Positions 48,916 through 59,662 are shown, numbered from the stretch's first letter. The stretch: 64,000 nt of DNA from Oceanispirochaeta sp. (GCA_963666275.2 CAXXOA010000002.1:1216001-1280000), one strand, 5' to 3'. Program-made: numbers and translations. The notes: generated by a model from the sequence alone, not told the origin.

Positions 48916-50046
48916 ATGGGATATGCAGATGCTTATAAAGATTGTGAATGGGTAGAATTCCCTGTGCTGGAAAGTTTTATGACCCAGGTTCTTATAAAAA
49001 GCGGAGTTCCTGAAAAGGACGCGGAGATAGTCAAAGACGTATTGATTGAATCGGATAAGAGGGGGATCGACTCTCACGGGATCGGTCGGCTGAAGCCCAT
49101 TTATATAGACAGACTGGATGCGGGAACCCAGGAGCCGGTGACAAAGGTGGATATTGTGAAAGAAACCGAAACCACCGCCGTGCTGGATGCCAATAACGGT
49201 ATGGGTCATGTGGCAGCCACACAGGCCATGCAGATGGCCATCGACAAAGCCAAAGCCCACGGCATGGGTATGGTGGCCCTGCGGAATTCCACCCATTACG
49301 GTATCGCCGGATACTACACATCCATGGCGACCAAAGCCGGTATGATCGGTATCACCGGTACCAATGCCAGGCCTTCCATCGCTCCGACCTTCGGAACAGA
49401 AAACATGCTGGGAACCAATCCTCTGACCATCGGTCTGCCTACGGATGAGGAGTTTGATTTTAATCTGGACTGTGCCACCTCTGTTTCCCAGAGAGGGAAA
49501 ATCGAAGTCTACGGCCGGGCGGGAAAAGATCTCCCCGCCGGATGGGTCATCGGTGAGGACGGAAAAACCCGTACGGATACGCAGCAGATTCTGGTAGACC
49601 TGACCAAGGGAAAAGCGGCTCTGGCTCCTCTGGGGGGGATCGGAGAGACCACGGCGGGATTCAAAGGTTTCGGCTACTCTACCGTGGTGGAGATCCTTTC
49701 CGCCGCTCTTCAGGACGGCAAGTATCTGAAAGACCTGAACGGCGTGGATGAAAACGGGAAAAAGATCCCCATTCTCCTGGGCCACTTCTTTATCGCCATT
49801 AATACGGATTTCTTTCTGGGGGAGACTCTGTTCCGCAAGGTGGCCGGATCCATACTCCGGGATCTGAGAAACTCCCGGAAAGCTCCCGGAGAAGAGAGGA
49901 TCTATACGGCCGGAGAGAAAGAGTATCTGGCCTGGCAGTACAGAAAAGACCATGGCTGCCCTGTTCCCGAGACGCTTCAGAAACAGATGAGTGAACTCAG
50001 AGACCGCTGGGATCTGGATTTTCACTTTGCCTGGGACAAAAAATAA
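48916..50046 (+). CDS. Ldh_2-family (malate/2-hydroxyacid) dehydrogenase
   Basis: 'RGIDSHGI.RL', 'RNSTHYGIAGYY', 'LGTNPL', 'DCATS', 'KGFG'. Confidence 0.9.
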   Translation: MGYADAYKDCEWVEFPVLESFMTQVLIKSGVPEKDAEIVKDVLIESDKRGIDSHGIGRLKPIYIDRLDAGTQEPVTKVDIVKETETTAVLDANNGMGHVAATQAMQMAIDKAKAHGMGMVALRNSTHYGIAGYYTSMATKAGMIGITGTNARPSIAPTFGTENMLGTNPLTIGLPTDEEFDFNLDCATSVSQRGKIEVYGRAGKDLPAGWVIGEDGKTRTDTQQILVDLTKGKAALAPLGGIGETTAGFKGFGYSTVVEILSAALQDGKYLKDLNGVDENGKKIPILLGHFFIAINTDFFLGETLFRKVAGSILRDLRNSRKAPGEERIYTAGEKEYLAWQYRKDHGCPVPETLQKQMSELRDRWDLDFHFAWDKK

Positions 50047-50070
50047 AAAATATAGGATAAGGAAATTGAC

Positions 50071-51354
50071 ATGGATGATATGAAACAAAAAGCTCTGGAG
50101 TATCATGAACTGGAAGGAAAACCGGGGAAACTGGAGGTTATCGCCTCCAAACCCTGCAAGACATCGGCGGATCTGACACTGGCCTATTCTCCCGGTGTGG
50201 CCCATCCGGTTCTGGAAATAGCGGACAATCCGGCAGATGCCTACAGGTATACAAATAAGGGAAACCTTGTGGCTGTTGTTTCCAACGGTACAGCCATTCT
50301 GGGACTGGGAGACAGAGGCGCCCTGGCCAGTAAACCTGTTATGGAGGGAAAAGGAGTCCTTTTCAAAAGGTTTGCGGATATTGATGTGTTCGATATCGAG
50401 CTGGATACAAAGGATCCCAAAAAAATCATTGATATTGTAAAGACCATGGAACCCACTTTCGGTGGGGTCAATCTGGAGGATATCGGTGCGCCCGACTGCT
50501 TTGAAATAGAACAGACCCTGATTGAAGAGTGCAATATTCCTGTTTTTCATGATGACCAGCACGGCACGGCGATCATTGCCACAGCCGGTCTTATGAACGC
50601 CGCTGAGATTCAGGGGAAAAAGATGGCCGATCTGAAGATCGTCGTCAACGGAGCAGGGGCGGCGGGAATCAGCTGTTCTAAGATGTTCCTGAATGCGGGA
50701 GTGAAAAAAGAGAATCTCATCCTTCTGGATTCCAAAGGGGTCATCTACCGGGGACGGCAGATCTCCATGACTCCGGAAAAAGAGGAATTTGCCGCAGATA
50801 CCGACAAAAGGACTCTGGCCGATGCGGTGGCAGGGGCGGATGTTTTTATGGGGCTCTCTGTGGCGGACTGTCTGACCCCTGAGATGCTGAAGTCCATGGC
50901 GCCCAATCCGATTGTGTTTGCCATGGCCAACCCGAATCCCGAAATCAAACCAGAACTGGCTTTTGCCACCAGAGATGACCTTATTATGGGAACCGGCCGG
51001 AGCGACTATCCCAATCAGGTGAACAATGTCCTGGGATTCCCTTTTATATTCAGGGGCGCCATGGATGTGAAAGCCGTGAAAATCTCCGAAGGGATGAAAA
51101 TGGCCGCTGCTAAAGCTCTGGCGGATCTGGCAAGACAGCCTGTTCCCGATGAGGTGCGCAAAGCCTACGGAAGGGATTTTACATTCGGACGAGAGTATGT
51201 GGTTCCCAAGCCTTTCGACCCCAGGGTCATAGAATGGGAAGCCGTGGCAGTCGCCCGGGCGGCGTGTGAAGAAGGCCTGGCAGGTGAACCGATCTCTGAC
51301 TGGGAGGCTTACAAAGCAACTCTCAGAAAGAGAATGGAGAAACACTGGAAATAG
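50071..51354 (+). CDS. NAD(P)-dependent malic enzyme (short form, no PTA domain)
   Basis: 'LAYSPGVA', 'PVMEGK', 'NLEDI', 'FHDDQHGTA', 'NGAGAAG', '[10 protein letters not shown]'. Confidence 0.95.
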   Translation: MDDMKQKALEYHELEGKPGKLEVIASKPCKTSADLTLAYSPGVAHPVLEIADNPADAYRYTNKGNLVAVVSNGTAILGLGDRGALASKPVMEGKGVLFKRFADIDVFDIELDTKDPKKIIDIVKTMEPTFGGVNLEDIGAPDCFEIEQTLIEECNIPVFHDDQHGTAIIATAGLMNAAEIQGKKMADLKIVVNGAGAAGISCSKMFLNAGVKKENLILLDSKGVIYRGRQISMTPEKEEFAADTDKRTLADAVAGADVFMGLSVADCLTPEMLKSMAPNPIVFAMANPNPEIKPELAFATRDDLIMGTGRSDYPNQVNNVLGFPFIFRGAMDVKAVKISEGMKMAAAKALADLARQPVPDEVRKAYGRDFTFGREYVVPKPFDPRVIEWEAVAVARAACEEGLAGEPISDWEAYKATLRKRMEKHWK

Positions 51355-51392
51355 TATTTTAAAAACGCGTTTAAACTTATCCGGGAGTACTT

Positions 51393-52874
51393 ATGGACTA
51401 TATTCTGGCACTTGATCAGGGAACCACCAGTTCCCGGTCTCTTATAATGAATAGAAAAGGGGATATCTGCGCTTCCGCTCAGAGGGAATTCACACAGATT
51501 TATCCTCAGAACCAATGGGTGGAACATGACCCGGAGGAAATCTGGCAGTGTCAGAGTGATATGATTCATGAGGTCCTGGATAAGAGTGGGATCTCTCTGG
51601 AACAGATAAAAGGTATCGGGATTACCAACCAGAGAGAGACCACTGTTTTATGGGAAAGATCCACAGGACAGTCTGTGTATAACGCCATTGTCTGGCAGTG
51701 CCGCAGGACGGCCCCTCTCTGTGAGGAATTGATCCGTCAGGGAAAGAAGGAGCTGTTCCGTAAAAAAACAGGTCTCCCCGTGGATGCCTATTTTTCGGGA
51801 ACCAAAATTCGCTGGATTCTGGACAATGTGCCCGGGGCAAGAGAGAAGGCCGAAGCGGGGGAGTTGTGTTTCGGTACCATTGACTCCTGGCTTATCTGGA
51901 AGCTCACCGGAGGAAAGGTCCATGTCACGGATATGACCAATGCCAGCCGGACTCTTCTTTTCAATATTCATACTCTGGACTGGGATGAGGAACTTCTTGA
52001 TATTCTGGAAATTCCCCGCTCCCTTCTGCCCCGGGTCAGATCCTGCAGTGAAATCCTCGGATATACCTATGAGACGGATTGGGGATTTTCCGTCCCCATT
52101 GCCGGGGTCGCCGGGGACCAGCAGTCAGCACTGTTCGGTCAGATGTGTCTGAATATGGGAGATGTGAAAAACACCTATGGGACAGGCTGTTTCATGCTGA
52201 TGAATACGGGGGAGGCCCCTGTACTCTCGGATAATGGTCTGCTGACCACCATCGCCTGGCATCTCGGGGGCCGGACTGTCTATGCCCTGGAGGGAAGTAT
52301 TTTCATGGGTGGAGCCATCGTCCAGTGGCTGAGGGATAATCTCGGTATCATCGATTCGGCTCCTGAATGCGACCGCCTGGCGGAAGTCCTCAAAAGCAAC
52401 GACGGGGTCTATCTTGTTCCGGCCTTTCAGGGGCTGGGGACACCCTACTGGGAGATGACCGCCAAAGCGGAAATCACGGGCCTGACAAGAGCCTCCGGGA
52501 AAGAGCATATCTGCCGTGCGGCCCTGGAATCCATCGCCTACCGGTCAAAGGATGTGATGGATATCATGCAGAAGGATGCCGGCCTGACTTTAGGGGCTAT
52601 CAAAGTAGACGGCGGTGCCAGCCGGAGCGACGTACTTATGCAGTTTCAGAGCGATCTGTGCCGGACCGATGTGATCAGGCCTCTGAATATAGAAACCACA
52701 GCCATGGGGGCTGCCTATTTTGCAGGCCTTGCGGTGGGTTTCTGGGACTCACTGGATGAAATCAGAAGGATCTGGAAGGAAGACAGGGTTTTTACACCAT
52801 GTATGGATGAGAAAACCAGCTCCCGGTATTATCGGGGATGGCAGAGTGCCGTGAAAAAATGCCTGGAATTGTGA
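51393..52874 (+). CDS. glpK: Glycerol kinase
   Basis: 'ALDQGTTSSR', 'GITNQRETT', 'AIVWQCRRT', 'GDQQSALFGQ', 'KNTYGTGCF'. Confidence 0.95.
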   Translation: MDYILALDQGTTSSRSLIMNRKGDICASAQREFTQIYPQNQWVEHDPEEIWQCQSDMIHEVLDKSGISLEQIKGIGITNQRETTVLWERSTGQSVYNAIVWQCRRTAPLCEELIRQGKKELFRKKTGLPVDAYFSGTKIRWILDNVPGAREKAEAGELCFGTIDSWLIWKLTGGKVHVTDMTNASRTLLFNIHTLDWDEELLDILEIPRSLLPRVRSCSEILGYTYETDWGFSVPIAGVAGDQQSALFGQMCLNMGDVKNTYGTGCFMLMNTGEAPVLSDNGLLTTIAWHLGGRTVYALEGSIFMGGAIVQWLRDNLGIIDSAPECDRLAEVLKSNDGVYLVPAFQGLGTPYWEMTAKAEITGLTRASGKEHICRAALESIAYRSKDVMDIMQKDAGLTLGAIKVDGGASRSDVLMQFQSDLCRTDVIRPLNIETTAMGAAYFAGLAVGFWDSLDEIRRIWKEDRVFTPCMDEKTSSRYYRGWQSAVKKCLEL

Positions 52875-52906
52875 AGTTTCAGGATATTCCGGATCCGGTA
52901 AAATCC

Positions 52907-53596
52907 CTAGGGCTGATTGTTTAATTCCGCCCGAACGGCCCGCCATCGGGGATAGAACCTGTCCATGAAACCTTTGAACCGGCCATTGTGGGAGGATTCC
53001 AGAAGGTGCACCATCTCGTGAACCACAAGGTACTCCAGGACATGGGGCGGCTTTTTCGCCATTTCAAGATTCACCCAGATTCGACGGGCCCTGTAGTTGC
53101 AGGTTCCCCAGCGGGTTTTCATTTTCTTCACACCTATCTCAGAAACCTGTACACCCATAAGAGGTTCGTATTTTTTTACATAGAGGGGTACCTCTTTCTT
53201 GAGGTAATCCCTGTAGAACCGATCAACCAGTCGTTTCCGGCTTGCCAGGTCTGCTCCCTCTCTGAGGTAGAGCTGCAGTGTTTTCTCTTTAAGAACCGCC
53301 CGGGCAGCGCCTCCTGCAGGATGGATCTCCAGTTTTACCTGTTCTCCCCGGAAGGGGTGTTCTTCCCCGTGGGTATACTCTTTTACAGCCTCTTCCCGGC
53401 GGGAACGGAACTTTTCCTGATGCCTGCGGATCCAGGATTCCCTTGTCTGAACAAAGTCACTGATCTCGCGCAGCGGCATATGCCGGGGAGCGGATATCCT
53501 GACAGATCCCCCGGGGGCGGACACTTTCAGGTGGAGGTTTTTTATCTTCTTCCGGGTCAATTCAATCTCAAAGCCGGCGATCCGTACTATTTCCAT
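52907..53596 (-). CDS. YgjP/DUF45-like zinc metallohydrolase
   Basis: 'KMKTRWGTC', 'EYLVVHEMVHL.E..H...F'. Confidence 0.9.
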   Translation of the reverse strand: MEIVRIAGFEIELTRKKIKNLHLKVSAPGGSVRISAPRHMPLREISDFVQTRESWIRRHQEKFRSRREEAVKEYTHGEEHPFRGEQVKLEIHPAGGAARAVLKEKTLQLYLREGADLASRKRLVDRFYRDYLKKEVPLYVKKYEPLMGVQVSEIGVKKMKTRWGTCNYRARRIWVNLEMAKKPPHVLEYLVVHEMVHLLESSHNGRFKGFMDRFYPRWRAVRAELNNQP

Positions 53597-53665
53597 AGGT
53601 CTGGAAATATTAATGGATGCTCCGGAAAGAGGCAATCATCAGACTGGACTGCTTCCCTATGCTGT

Positions 53666-54666
53666 TCAAATTCCTTCCCCCATATAGAAGGTTCCCTCCT
53701 GCAGGTTCAGGTATACGGTTTCACCTACCTTGAGATCCAGATTCCGGCCTTCATGCTGGGGGAGACTGACTTCAAGAACCTGGGAGTTGTCCTTTCTCTG
53801 AACTTCCACTTTCAGTTTTGATCCCAGCCAGCTCAGGTCCCTGATCACCGATTCCGCATCATTGGGCGCCCGATGCTCCCTGTGTATCAGGATTTCATGA
53901 GGCCGGGCGTATACGGTTTTATCTTCCTGACGGAGATGGAATACATTGACCGTATCCAGAAAGGAGTAGACAAATTCATTGGCCGGCTCCTCGTAGATTT
54001 CCCTTGGTGTTCCATCTGTTCTACATTCCCCTCGTTCATAAGGATTATCTGGTCAGCCACTTCCAGAGCCTCCTCCTGGTCGTGGGTTACCATGATGGTG
54101 GTCACAGGCATCCGGGAGTGGAGCTTTTTCAGCCATCGACGCAGGTCCTTCCTTACATTAGCATCCAGAGCGCCGAAAGGTTCATCCAGCAGAAGGAGGG
54201 AGGGTTTCACCGCCAGGGCTCTGGCCAGGGCCACCCGCTGTTTCTGTCCACCCGACAGCTGGTCGGGAAACTTTTTCTGCTGACCCTCCAGCTGGACAAG
54301 CCCCAGGAGTTCTTCCACCTGGGCTCTTATCTCCTGCTCGGGAAGCCGCTCTTTTTTCGGTTTCGATTTCAGTCCGAAGGCGACATTTTCATACACAGTC
54401 ATATGCCGGAAAAGGGCATAGTGCTGAAAAACAAAGCCTACCTTTCTCTCTTTGGGGTGCACCCCGTTCTGATCAACCCCTTCTATGAGGATCTTTCCCT
54501 CATTGGCCGTTTCCAGGCCTGCAATGGTTCTCAGCAGGGTAGTTTTTCCACATCCCGAAGGGCCCAGAAGGGCATATAATCCTCCGGATTTGAAATTGAT
54601 ATCTATACCATGGAGAACTTCTGTTTCTCCAAAAGATTTTTTCAGGTGACTGACATATACATCCAT
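53666..54666 (-). pseudogene. cysA: Sulfate ABC ATP-binding subunit with a 1-nt frameshift near 54012
   Basis: 'GPSGCGKTT', '[12 protein letters not shown]', 'LSGGQKQR'; after 'EQM' the expected '[14 protein letters not shown]' continues in another frame to 53666. Confidence 0.85.
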
Positions 54667-55454
54667 TAGGCTAACTCCTTCCGGGTTTGAACAAACTTTT
54701 TAACTGTAAGGCTTATCAGAGCGAAGACAAAGAAATACGTGGCCGCTCCGTAAGATCTGACGGTCTGATATTCACTGAAATAGATCTGAACCTGAATCGG
54801 AAGTGTTACCGTTTTTCCTCTCAGCAGACCCGATACGACAGAGGCCGCTCCGTACTCTCCCGCCGCTCTGGCCGCGGACAGGATCAGGCCGTAGAAAAGG
54901 CCCCATTTTATTTTGGGCAGGGTTATGCGGAAAAACACCTTCCAGCCCCCCGCTCCCAGGAGAAGGCCGGCCTCTTCTTCATTGTGACCCTGCTCTTCCA
55001 GCAGAGGAATGATCTCTTTGGCCACATAGGGGAATGTCACAAACAGTGTGGCCAGAAAGAGACCGGGCCAGCTGAAAATGATAGCCACTCCCAGACTGTC
55101 GAAGAACCCTCCGATAGGGGAGTTCTTTCCGTAGGCGAGGATCAGCATCAGACCCGCCACAACCGGACTGATTGTCAGGGGCAGATCCAGGGCTGCTCTG
55201 AGAACTTTTTTTCCCGGAAAGGTAAAGTTGGCAAGAACCCAGGCCGCCGCCAGGCCGAATACCGCATTGACCGGCAGGGAGACGGCAATCAGGCTCAGGC
55301 TGAGCAGCAGGGCCTGTATTGTATCTCTGTGAAAGAGTCCTTCCGCCCAGGTGCCCACGCCTCTGCTGAAACCTCCTGTGAGGAGGGAAAACAGGGGGAA
55401 CACAATAAAAATCAGAATATAGGATACGGATATACCTATGAAAAGCTTTCTCAC
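54666..55454 (-). CDS. cysW: Sulfate ABC permease
   Basis: '[12 protein letters not shown]', '[10 protein letters not shown]', 'LPKIKWGL', 'GEYGA'. Confidence 0.92.
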   Translation of the reverse strand: MRKLFIGISVSYILIFIVFPLFSLLTGGFSRGVGTWAEGLFHRDTIQALLLSLSLIAVSLPVNAVFGLAAAWVLANFTFPGKKVLRAALDLPLTISPVVAGLMLILAYGKNSPIGGFFDSLGVAIIFSWPGLFLATLFVTFPYVAKEIIPLLEEQGHNEEEAGLLLGAGGWKVFFRITLPKIKWGLFYGLILSAARAAGEYGAASVVSGLLRGKTVTLPIQVQIYFSEYQTVRSYGAATYFFVFALISLTVKKFVQTRKELA

Positions 55455-56284
55455 TGTCCGTTCCTCCTGTTGACTTTGCTCTGTATGAGGTTGAAAACAA
55501 CCAGAGTGACCAGGCTTACAGCCAGGATCACAAGGGAAAGCGCCGCCGCTCCTTCGGTGTCGTAGGTATCGATCTTGTTGTAGATCACCTGGGTGAGCAC
55601 TTCAGATTTGAACGGGAGGTTCCCTGCTATGAATATCACAGTACCGAATTCCCCGATTCCCCTGGCGAAGGCCATGATGAAACCGCTGAACAGACCGGGC
55701 AGCAGGGCCGGGAGAATCACATGGATAAAGGTTTTTACCCCGGAGACTCCCAGGAGCATACTGGCTTCCTCCTCCTGCCGGTCCAGTCCCTCAATCAGGG
55801 GCTGCAGGCTTCGAACCACAAAGGGCAGGCCCACAAAGGTCAGGGCTATGAATATACCTGTAGGGGAGTAGGACAGCTGGATATCAAACTTTCCCAGCAA
55901 TGTCCCCAGCAGGCTTTTGGCCCCGAAAAATGAGGCAAGGGCCACCCCACCTACCGCTCCGGGGATGGCAAAAGGCAGATCCAGTACACTGTCCAGCAGG
56001 GATTTCCCCGGGAAGTCGTACCGTACCAGGACCCATGCCGTGATCAGACCCAGAATTAGATTGAACAGCGCCGCCAGAGCGCTGATCCCTGCGGTTAAGC
56101 GGGTGGCATAGAGGGTCGCCGGCGTCAGAATCGTCCGGGTGATCCCCTGGAATCCCAGTTCAGATCCCTTGAAAACAAGGGCGGCCAGGGGAATAAGGAG
56201 GACTATGGATGCATGGATCAGAACAATAGTCAGACTGAGAGTTTTCCCCGGCAGTAAATGTGTCTCCTGTTTCTTTGCAGGCAT
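55451..56284 (-). CDS. cysT: Sulfate ABC permease
   Basis: 'WVLVRYDFPGK', 'DLPFAIP', 'LPFVVR.LQP', 'FARGIGEFG'. Confidence 0.92.
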   Translation of the reverse strand: MPAKKQETHLLPGKTLSLTIVLIHASIVLLIPLAALVFKGSELGFQGITRTILTPATLYATRLTAGISALAALFNLILGLITAWVLVRYDFPGKSLLDSVLDLPFAIPGAVGGVALASFFGAKSLLGTLLGKFDIQLSYSPTGIFIALTFVGLPFVVRSLQPLIEGLDRQEEEASMLLGVSGVKTFIHVILPALLPGLFSGFIMAFARGIGEFGTVIFIAGNLPFKSEVLTQVIYNKIDTYDTEGAAALSLVILAVSLVTLVVFNLIQSKVNRRNGQ

Positions 56285-56301
56285 AGTCTCCTCCTCAACT
56301 T

Positions 56302-57348
56302 CTACTGGTTGTTGCCCAGTTCTTCCTGAATCTGGTCGTAGCTGCCGCCCTGGGCAAAATGGACCTCTTTGGCTTTTGTCCATCCGCCGAAGACTTCATC
56401 TACATCAAACAGATCCAGTGTCGGCAGCTGGTCCGCATACTCTGCGGCCACCTTCTGATCGTAGGGGCGGTAATAGCTCTGGGCTATAATTCTCTGGCCC
56501 TCTTCGGTATAGAGAAAGTCCCAGTAGGCCCTGGCTGCTTCCAGATTGCCCTTTTCTGTGGCATTCCTTTCCACCACAACCACGTACATTTTGGCATCGA
56601 TGCCGTAGGAGGGAACCACCACTTCGAAATCTCCGTCACCCAGATCCCGGGCGATAAGGTTTACCTCGGACTCGAAGGTCAGAAGGACATCTCCCAGACC
56701 GTCCGAAACAAAGGCGTTGGTGGCAGCCCGGCCTCCTGCTGCCTGCAGAATGGTCTGACCCAGTACCTGTTTGACATACTCCCGGGCCAGATCCTGATCT
56801 CCCCCATTCTCTTTCAGTCCCCAGGCCCAGGCGGAAAGATAGCTGAACCGGCCGTTTCCTGTGGATTTGTAGTTGGGAGCCACGATCTCAATGTCCTCTC
56901 TGGTCAGATCCGACCAGTCCCGGATGTTCTTGGGATTCCCTTTTCTGACCACGAAAGCCATGGTGGAGGAGTAGGGGTTGGAGTTGTTGGGATACCGGGT
57001 GTACCAGTCCTCGGGAATCAGACTCCCCTTGGGATCGTCTTTTGTTTCCTGATAGAGCAGGTCAATGTCCAGAAACTGGTTCATGGAAACCAGATCAGCG
57101 GGAACTCCGTCCACTACAGACCGGGCCTGCCGGGAGGATCCCGCATGACTCTGTTCCACATGAACAGCTATGCCTGTCTTCTCTTCGTACCAGGGCTCAT
57201 ACGAGGCATTCTCATTTTTGAAAATCTCCCTGGCAATATCGTAGCTCACATGAAGGAGCTCCTTGTTCTGATCATCTGCTTTTTTGCTGCAGCTCATAAA
57301 CAGGGCCGCCGCTGCGAGTAATAGTAAGATGGAATTTCTTCGTTTCAT
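56302..57348 (-). CDS. sbp: Sulfate/thiosulfate-binding lipoprotein
   Basis: Lipobox 'FMSC'; 'HVSYD..RE', 'QSHAGSSRQAR', 'VRKGNPKNIRDW.DL', 'GDVLLTFESE'. Confidence 0.9.
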   Translation of the reverse strand: MKRRNSILLLLAAAALFMSCSKKADDQNKELLHVSYDIAREIFKNENASYEPWYEEKTGIAVHVEQSHAGSSRQARSVVDGVPADLVSMNQFLDIDLLYQETKDDPKGSLIPEDWYTRYPNNSNPYSSTMAFVVRKGNPKNIRDWSDLTREDIEIVAPNYKSTGNGRFSYLSAWAWGLKENGGDQDLAREYVKQVLGQTILQAAGGRAATNAFVSDGLGDVLLTFESEVNLIARDLGDGDFEVVVPSYGIDAKMYVVVVERNATEKGNLEAARAYWDFLYTEEGQRIIAQSYYRPYDQKVAAEYADQLPTLDLFDVDEVFGGWTKAKEVHFAQGGSYDQIQEELGNNQ

Positions 57349-57646
57349 TTTCGCCTCCTGTCTGCGAATGCTTATTAAATTACTAAGGAATATAGAGAAT
57401 ATCTGAATTAATGTAAAGTAATACGATCGAAATAGTAGTAATTAAAAGCCTTTTTTTGCATATATAAGTCTCTTCTGCCGTTTTAAGGCGGTTTTAGGGC
57501 CCTTTTAAGGTACAGCTATGAGGATTTATCCGCTTTTTCAGAGAAACAACAGATGGATTAAGACTTTTTAAAGGCAGCTTTTTAGAATCATTCAGGCGGA
57601 TCTCCCACGGAGACTATCCTCATCCGCAGGAAAACACATGGAGTTT

Positions 57647-59635
57647 TCAGCTGTAATAGGGCTGTAGAAGCTCAAAGATAGCCGCATCGTTTTCTTCCCA
57701 GTATTCCAGTGGGGTCTGTCCCGTTGTCTCCTCGGCGTCAAGGTCGGCACCCTGTTCGACAAGGAGGCGGATCATCTGTTTCTGCAGATCCTGAATCTCC
57801 CTGTCTTCAAGAGGTTTATCGTCCCGTTTGAAACCCCTTCCGTTTCCTATGAGATGGAGGACCGAGGCCTTTTCATTTGTCTGGGAAGGGTCCGCAAAAG
57901 TGGTATGAATATCGCTCCCCCGGTTTAGCAGCATTCTGGTACTTTCTACAGCCAGAGAGTCTATGCACTCATAGAGGAGCCAGTCGGAGATCTGTTTCCG
58001 GGTCTCCTCTTCAGGAAAGGGGTAATGATCCAGAAGATAGGCCAGGACCTCAGAGTGATCTTCCCGGAAGGTGAAAAGGAAAAGATCCCAGCCGTTCTGA
58101 TCCTTCGATTCCAGCGAGGCCCCTGCATTTACAAGCATATCCATCATTTCGGATGAGTCTGCGTACCGGGCCGCCGCCACCAGAGGATTGTGAGCCATAT
58201 TCCCTGTATTACCGGGCAGAGCTTTTCCTCTCCTGTTAAGAAGATCCTGTACCAGAGAGACATTCCCGTCGGAAACGGCTCTTTCCAGAACGGTCAGAAA
58301 GGGGCCTTCCTCCATCTCTTCCCAGGAGGCATAGGGGATCAGTGCTTCCTGAACCTCCGGGGAGCCGTACTTCAGAGCTGCCTTCAGGATCCCCGGTGTG
58401 ACAGTAAAATCCCTTTCCAGCAGAAAGGCCGTCCTCTCGAGATCTTCCATTAGAACCGCTTCTTCCAGAGGCGAGGAATCTTCATCATTTCCGGCTCCCC
58501 GGTCCAGCATTGCCTCCAGCAGGAAGAGGCTCCTCTGACGGGATACCGCCAGAGTCAGGGGAGATCTTCCGGTTCCGTTGCCCTGTATATCCGCCCCCTG
58601 ATCCAGCAGAAACAGAACCGCTCTGTCACTGCCGGATTTCAAAGCCAGGCTGAGGGGGGTGTCGCCGTTTTCGTCTGGAAAATCAATGATAATCCTCCCC
58701 TCTTTCAGCAAGCGCTGCATTTCGGAGATATTGCTCTCTTCCGCCGCCTTGTGGAGCGGGGTCTGTTCTATAGAGTTCAGTTCTATATCCCAGGCACCGT
58801 TCTGAAGGAACAGTTCCCGCATTTTTTCATGACCATATCTGTCCAGCAGCATGAGAGGAGTCCTTCCCCGTACCGTCAGAGGGTTTACATCGCAACCTCG
58901 GGCGATCAGCAGCTCTGCGATCTCTCTGTTTCCTTTTTCAGCCGCATAATGGAGAGGGGTCCAGCCGTTTACCCGGTTCGGGTCATTCCCATCCATTCCC
59001 GCCTCCAGAAGGGCAGGGACCAGGTCTGAGTACTGTTCCTGAATGGCCTTATGGAGAATATTCATACCATTGTCATTGAGAACCGTCAGGTCGGGTTTGT
59101 ATTCCAGGACTTTCAGAAAGGATGCGGGTTTATCCCAGAAAAGAGTATATTCCAGCGCCGTATTGCCGGCCCAGACATTCCCGTTGATATCGGCTCCCTT
59201 TTCAATCAGCAGACCGATCAGCTCAAGATGTTCTTCCAGCAGTGCTCCTTCCAGAGCCCACTGAAGGTTCAGGTTTTCAGCACCGTACTTTTCAAGAAGA
59301 CGCACAACCCTTTCCCGTTCCCCCTGGAGGGCGGCTTTATGAAGCTGATGGCTGCTGTTCCTCTCCCAGGAGAGCCAGCTGATTCCTGCGGAAGCCAGAA
59401 TAAAGATTAAGACTCCTGCGGGGGCTATAGAGAGTAGTACTTTAAACTTCCGGGCATTCTCTCCCAGTTTGGCAGCGCCAATCATACCCAGAGTCATTAC
59501 TCCCATTCCCAGGGTATAGACAATGGCTGCATCGCTGTCACCGGAGTGAAAGAGAGGGATAATCCTGACCAGGTAAAAGATCATCACCGCGATGACCCAA
59601 AGGACCAGGAAAAATTTTCTGTTTTCGTTTGTCAT
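57647..59635 (-). CDS. Membrane-anchored ankyrin-repeat protein
   Basis: Three N-terminal TM helices; many repeats such as 'GWTPLHYAA..GN.EIAELLI..G.DVN'. Confidence 0.9.
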   Translation of the reverse strand: MTNENRKFFLVLWVIAVMIFYLVRIIPLFHSGDSDAAIVYTLGMGVMTLGMIGAAKLGENARKFKVLLSIAPAGVLIFILASAGISWLSWERNSSHQLHKAALQGERERVVRLLEKYGAENLNLQWALEGALLEEHLELIGLLIEKGADINGNVWAGNTALEYTLFWDKPASFLKVLEYKPDLTVLNDNGMNILHKAIQEQYSDLVPALLEAGMDGNDPNRVNGWTPLHYAAEKGNREIAELLIARGCDVNPLTVRGRTPLMLLDRYGHEKMRELFLQNGAWDIELNSIEQTPLHKAAEESNISEMQRLLKEGRIIIDFPDENGDTPLSLALKSGSDRAVLFLLDQGADIQGNGTGRSPLTLAVSRQRSLFLLEAMLDRGAGNDEDSSPLEEAVLMEDLERTAFLLERDFTVTPGILKAALKYGSPEVQEALIPYASWEEMEEGPFLTVLERAVSDGNVSLVQDLLNRRGKALPGNTGNMAHNPLVAAARYADSSEMMDMLVNAGASLESKDQNGWDLFLFTFREDHSEVLAYLLDHYPFPEEETRKQISDWLLYECIDSLAVESTRMLLNRGSDIHTTFADPSQTNEKASVLHLIGNGRGFKRDDKPLEDREIQDLQKQMIRLLVEQGADLDAEETTGQTPLEYWEENDAAIFELLQPYYS

Positions 59636-59662
59636 GATTACTCCCGTTGTCTGTTATGTCTT

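Noticed and set aside
48874..51345. 823-aa minus-strand ORF
   Set aside because: Lies antisense to the well-supported Ldh_2 and malic enzyme genes and has no motifs; a shadow ORF from codon bias
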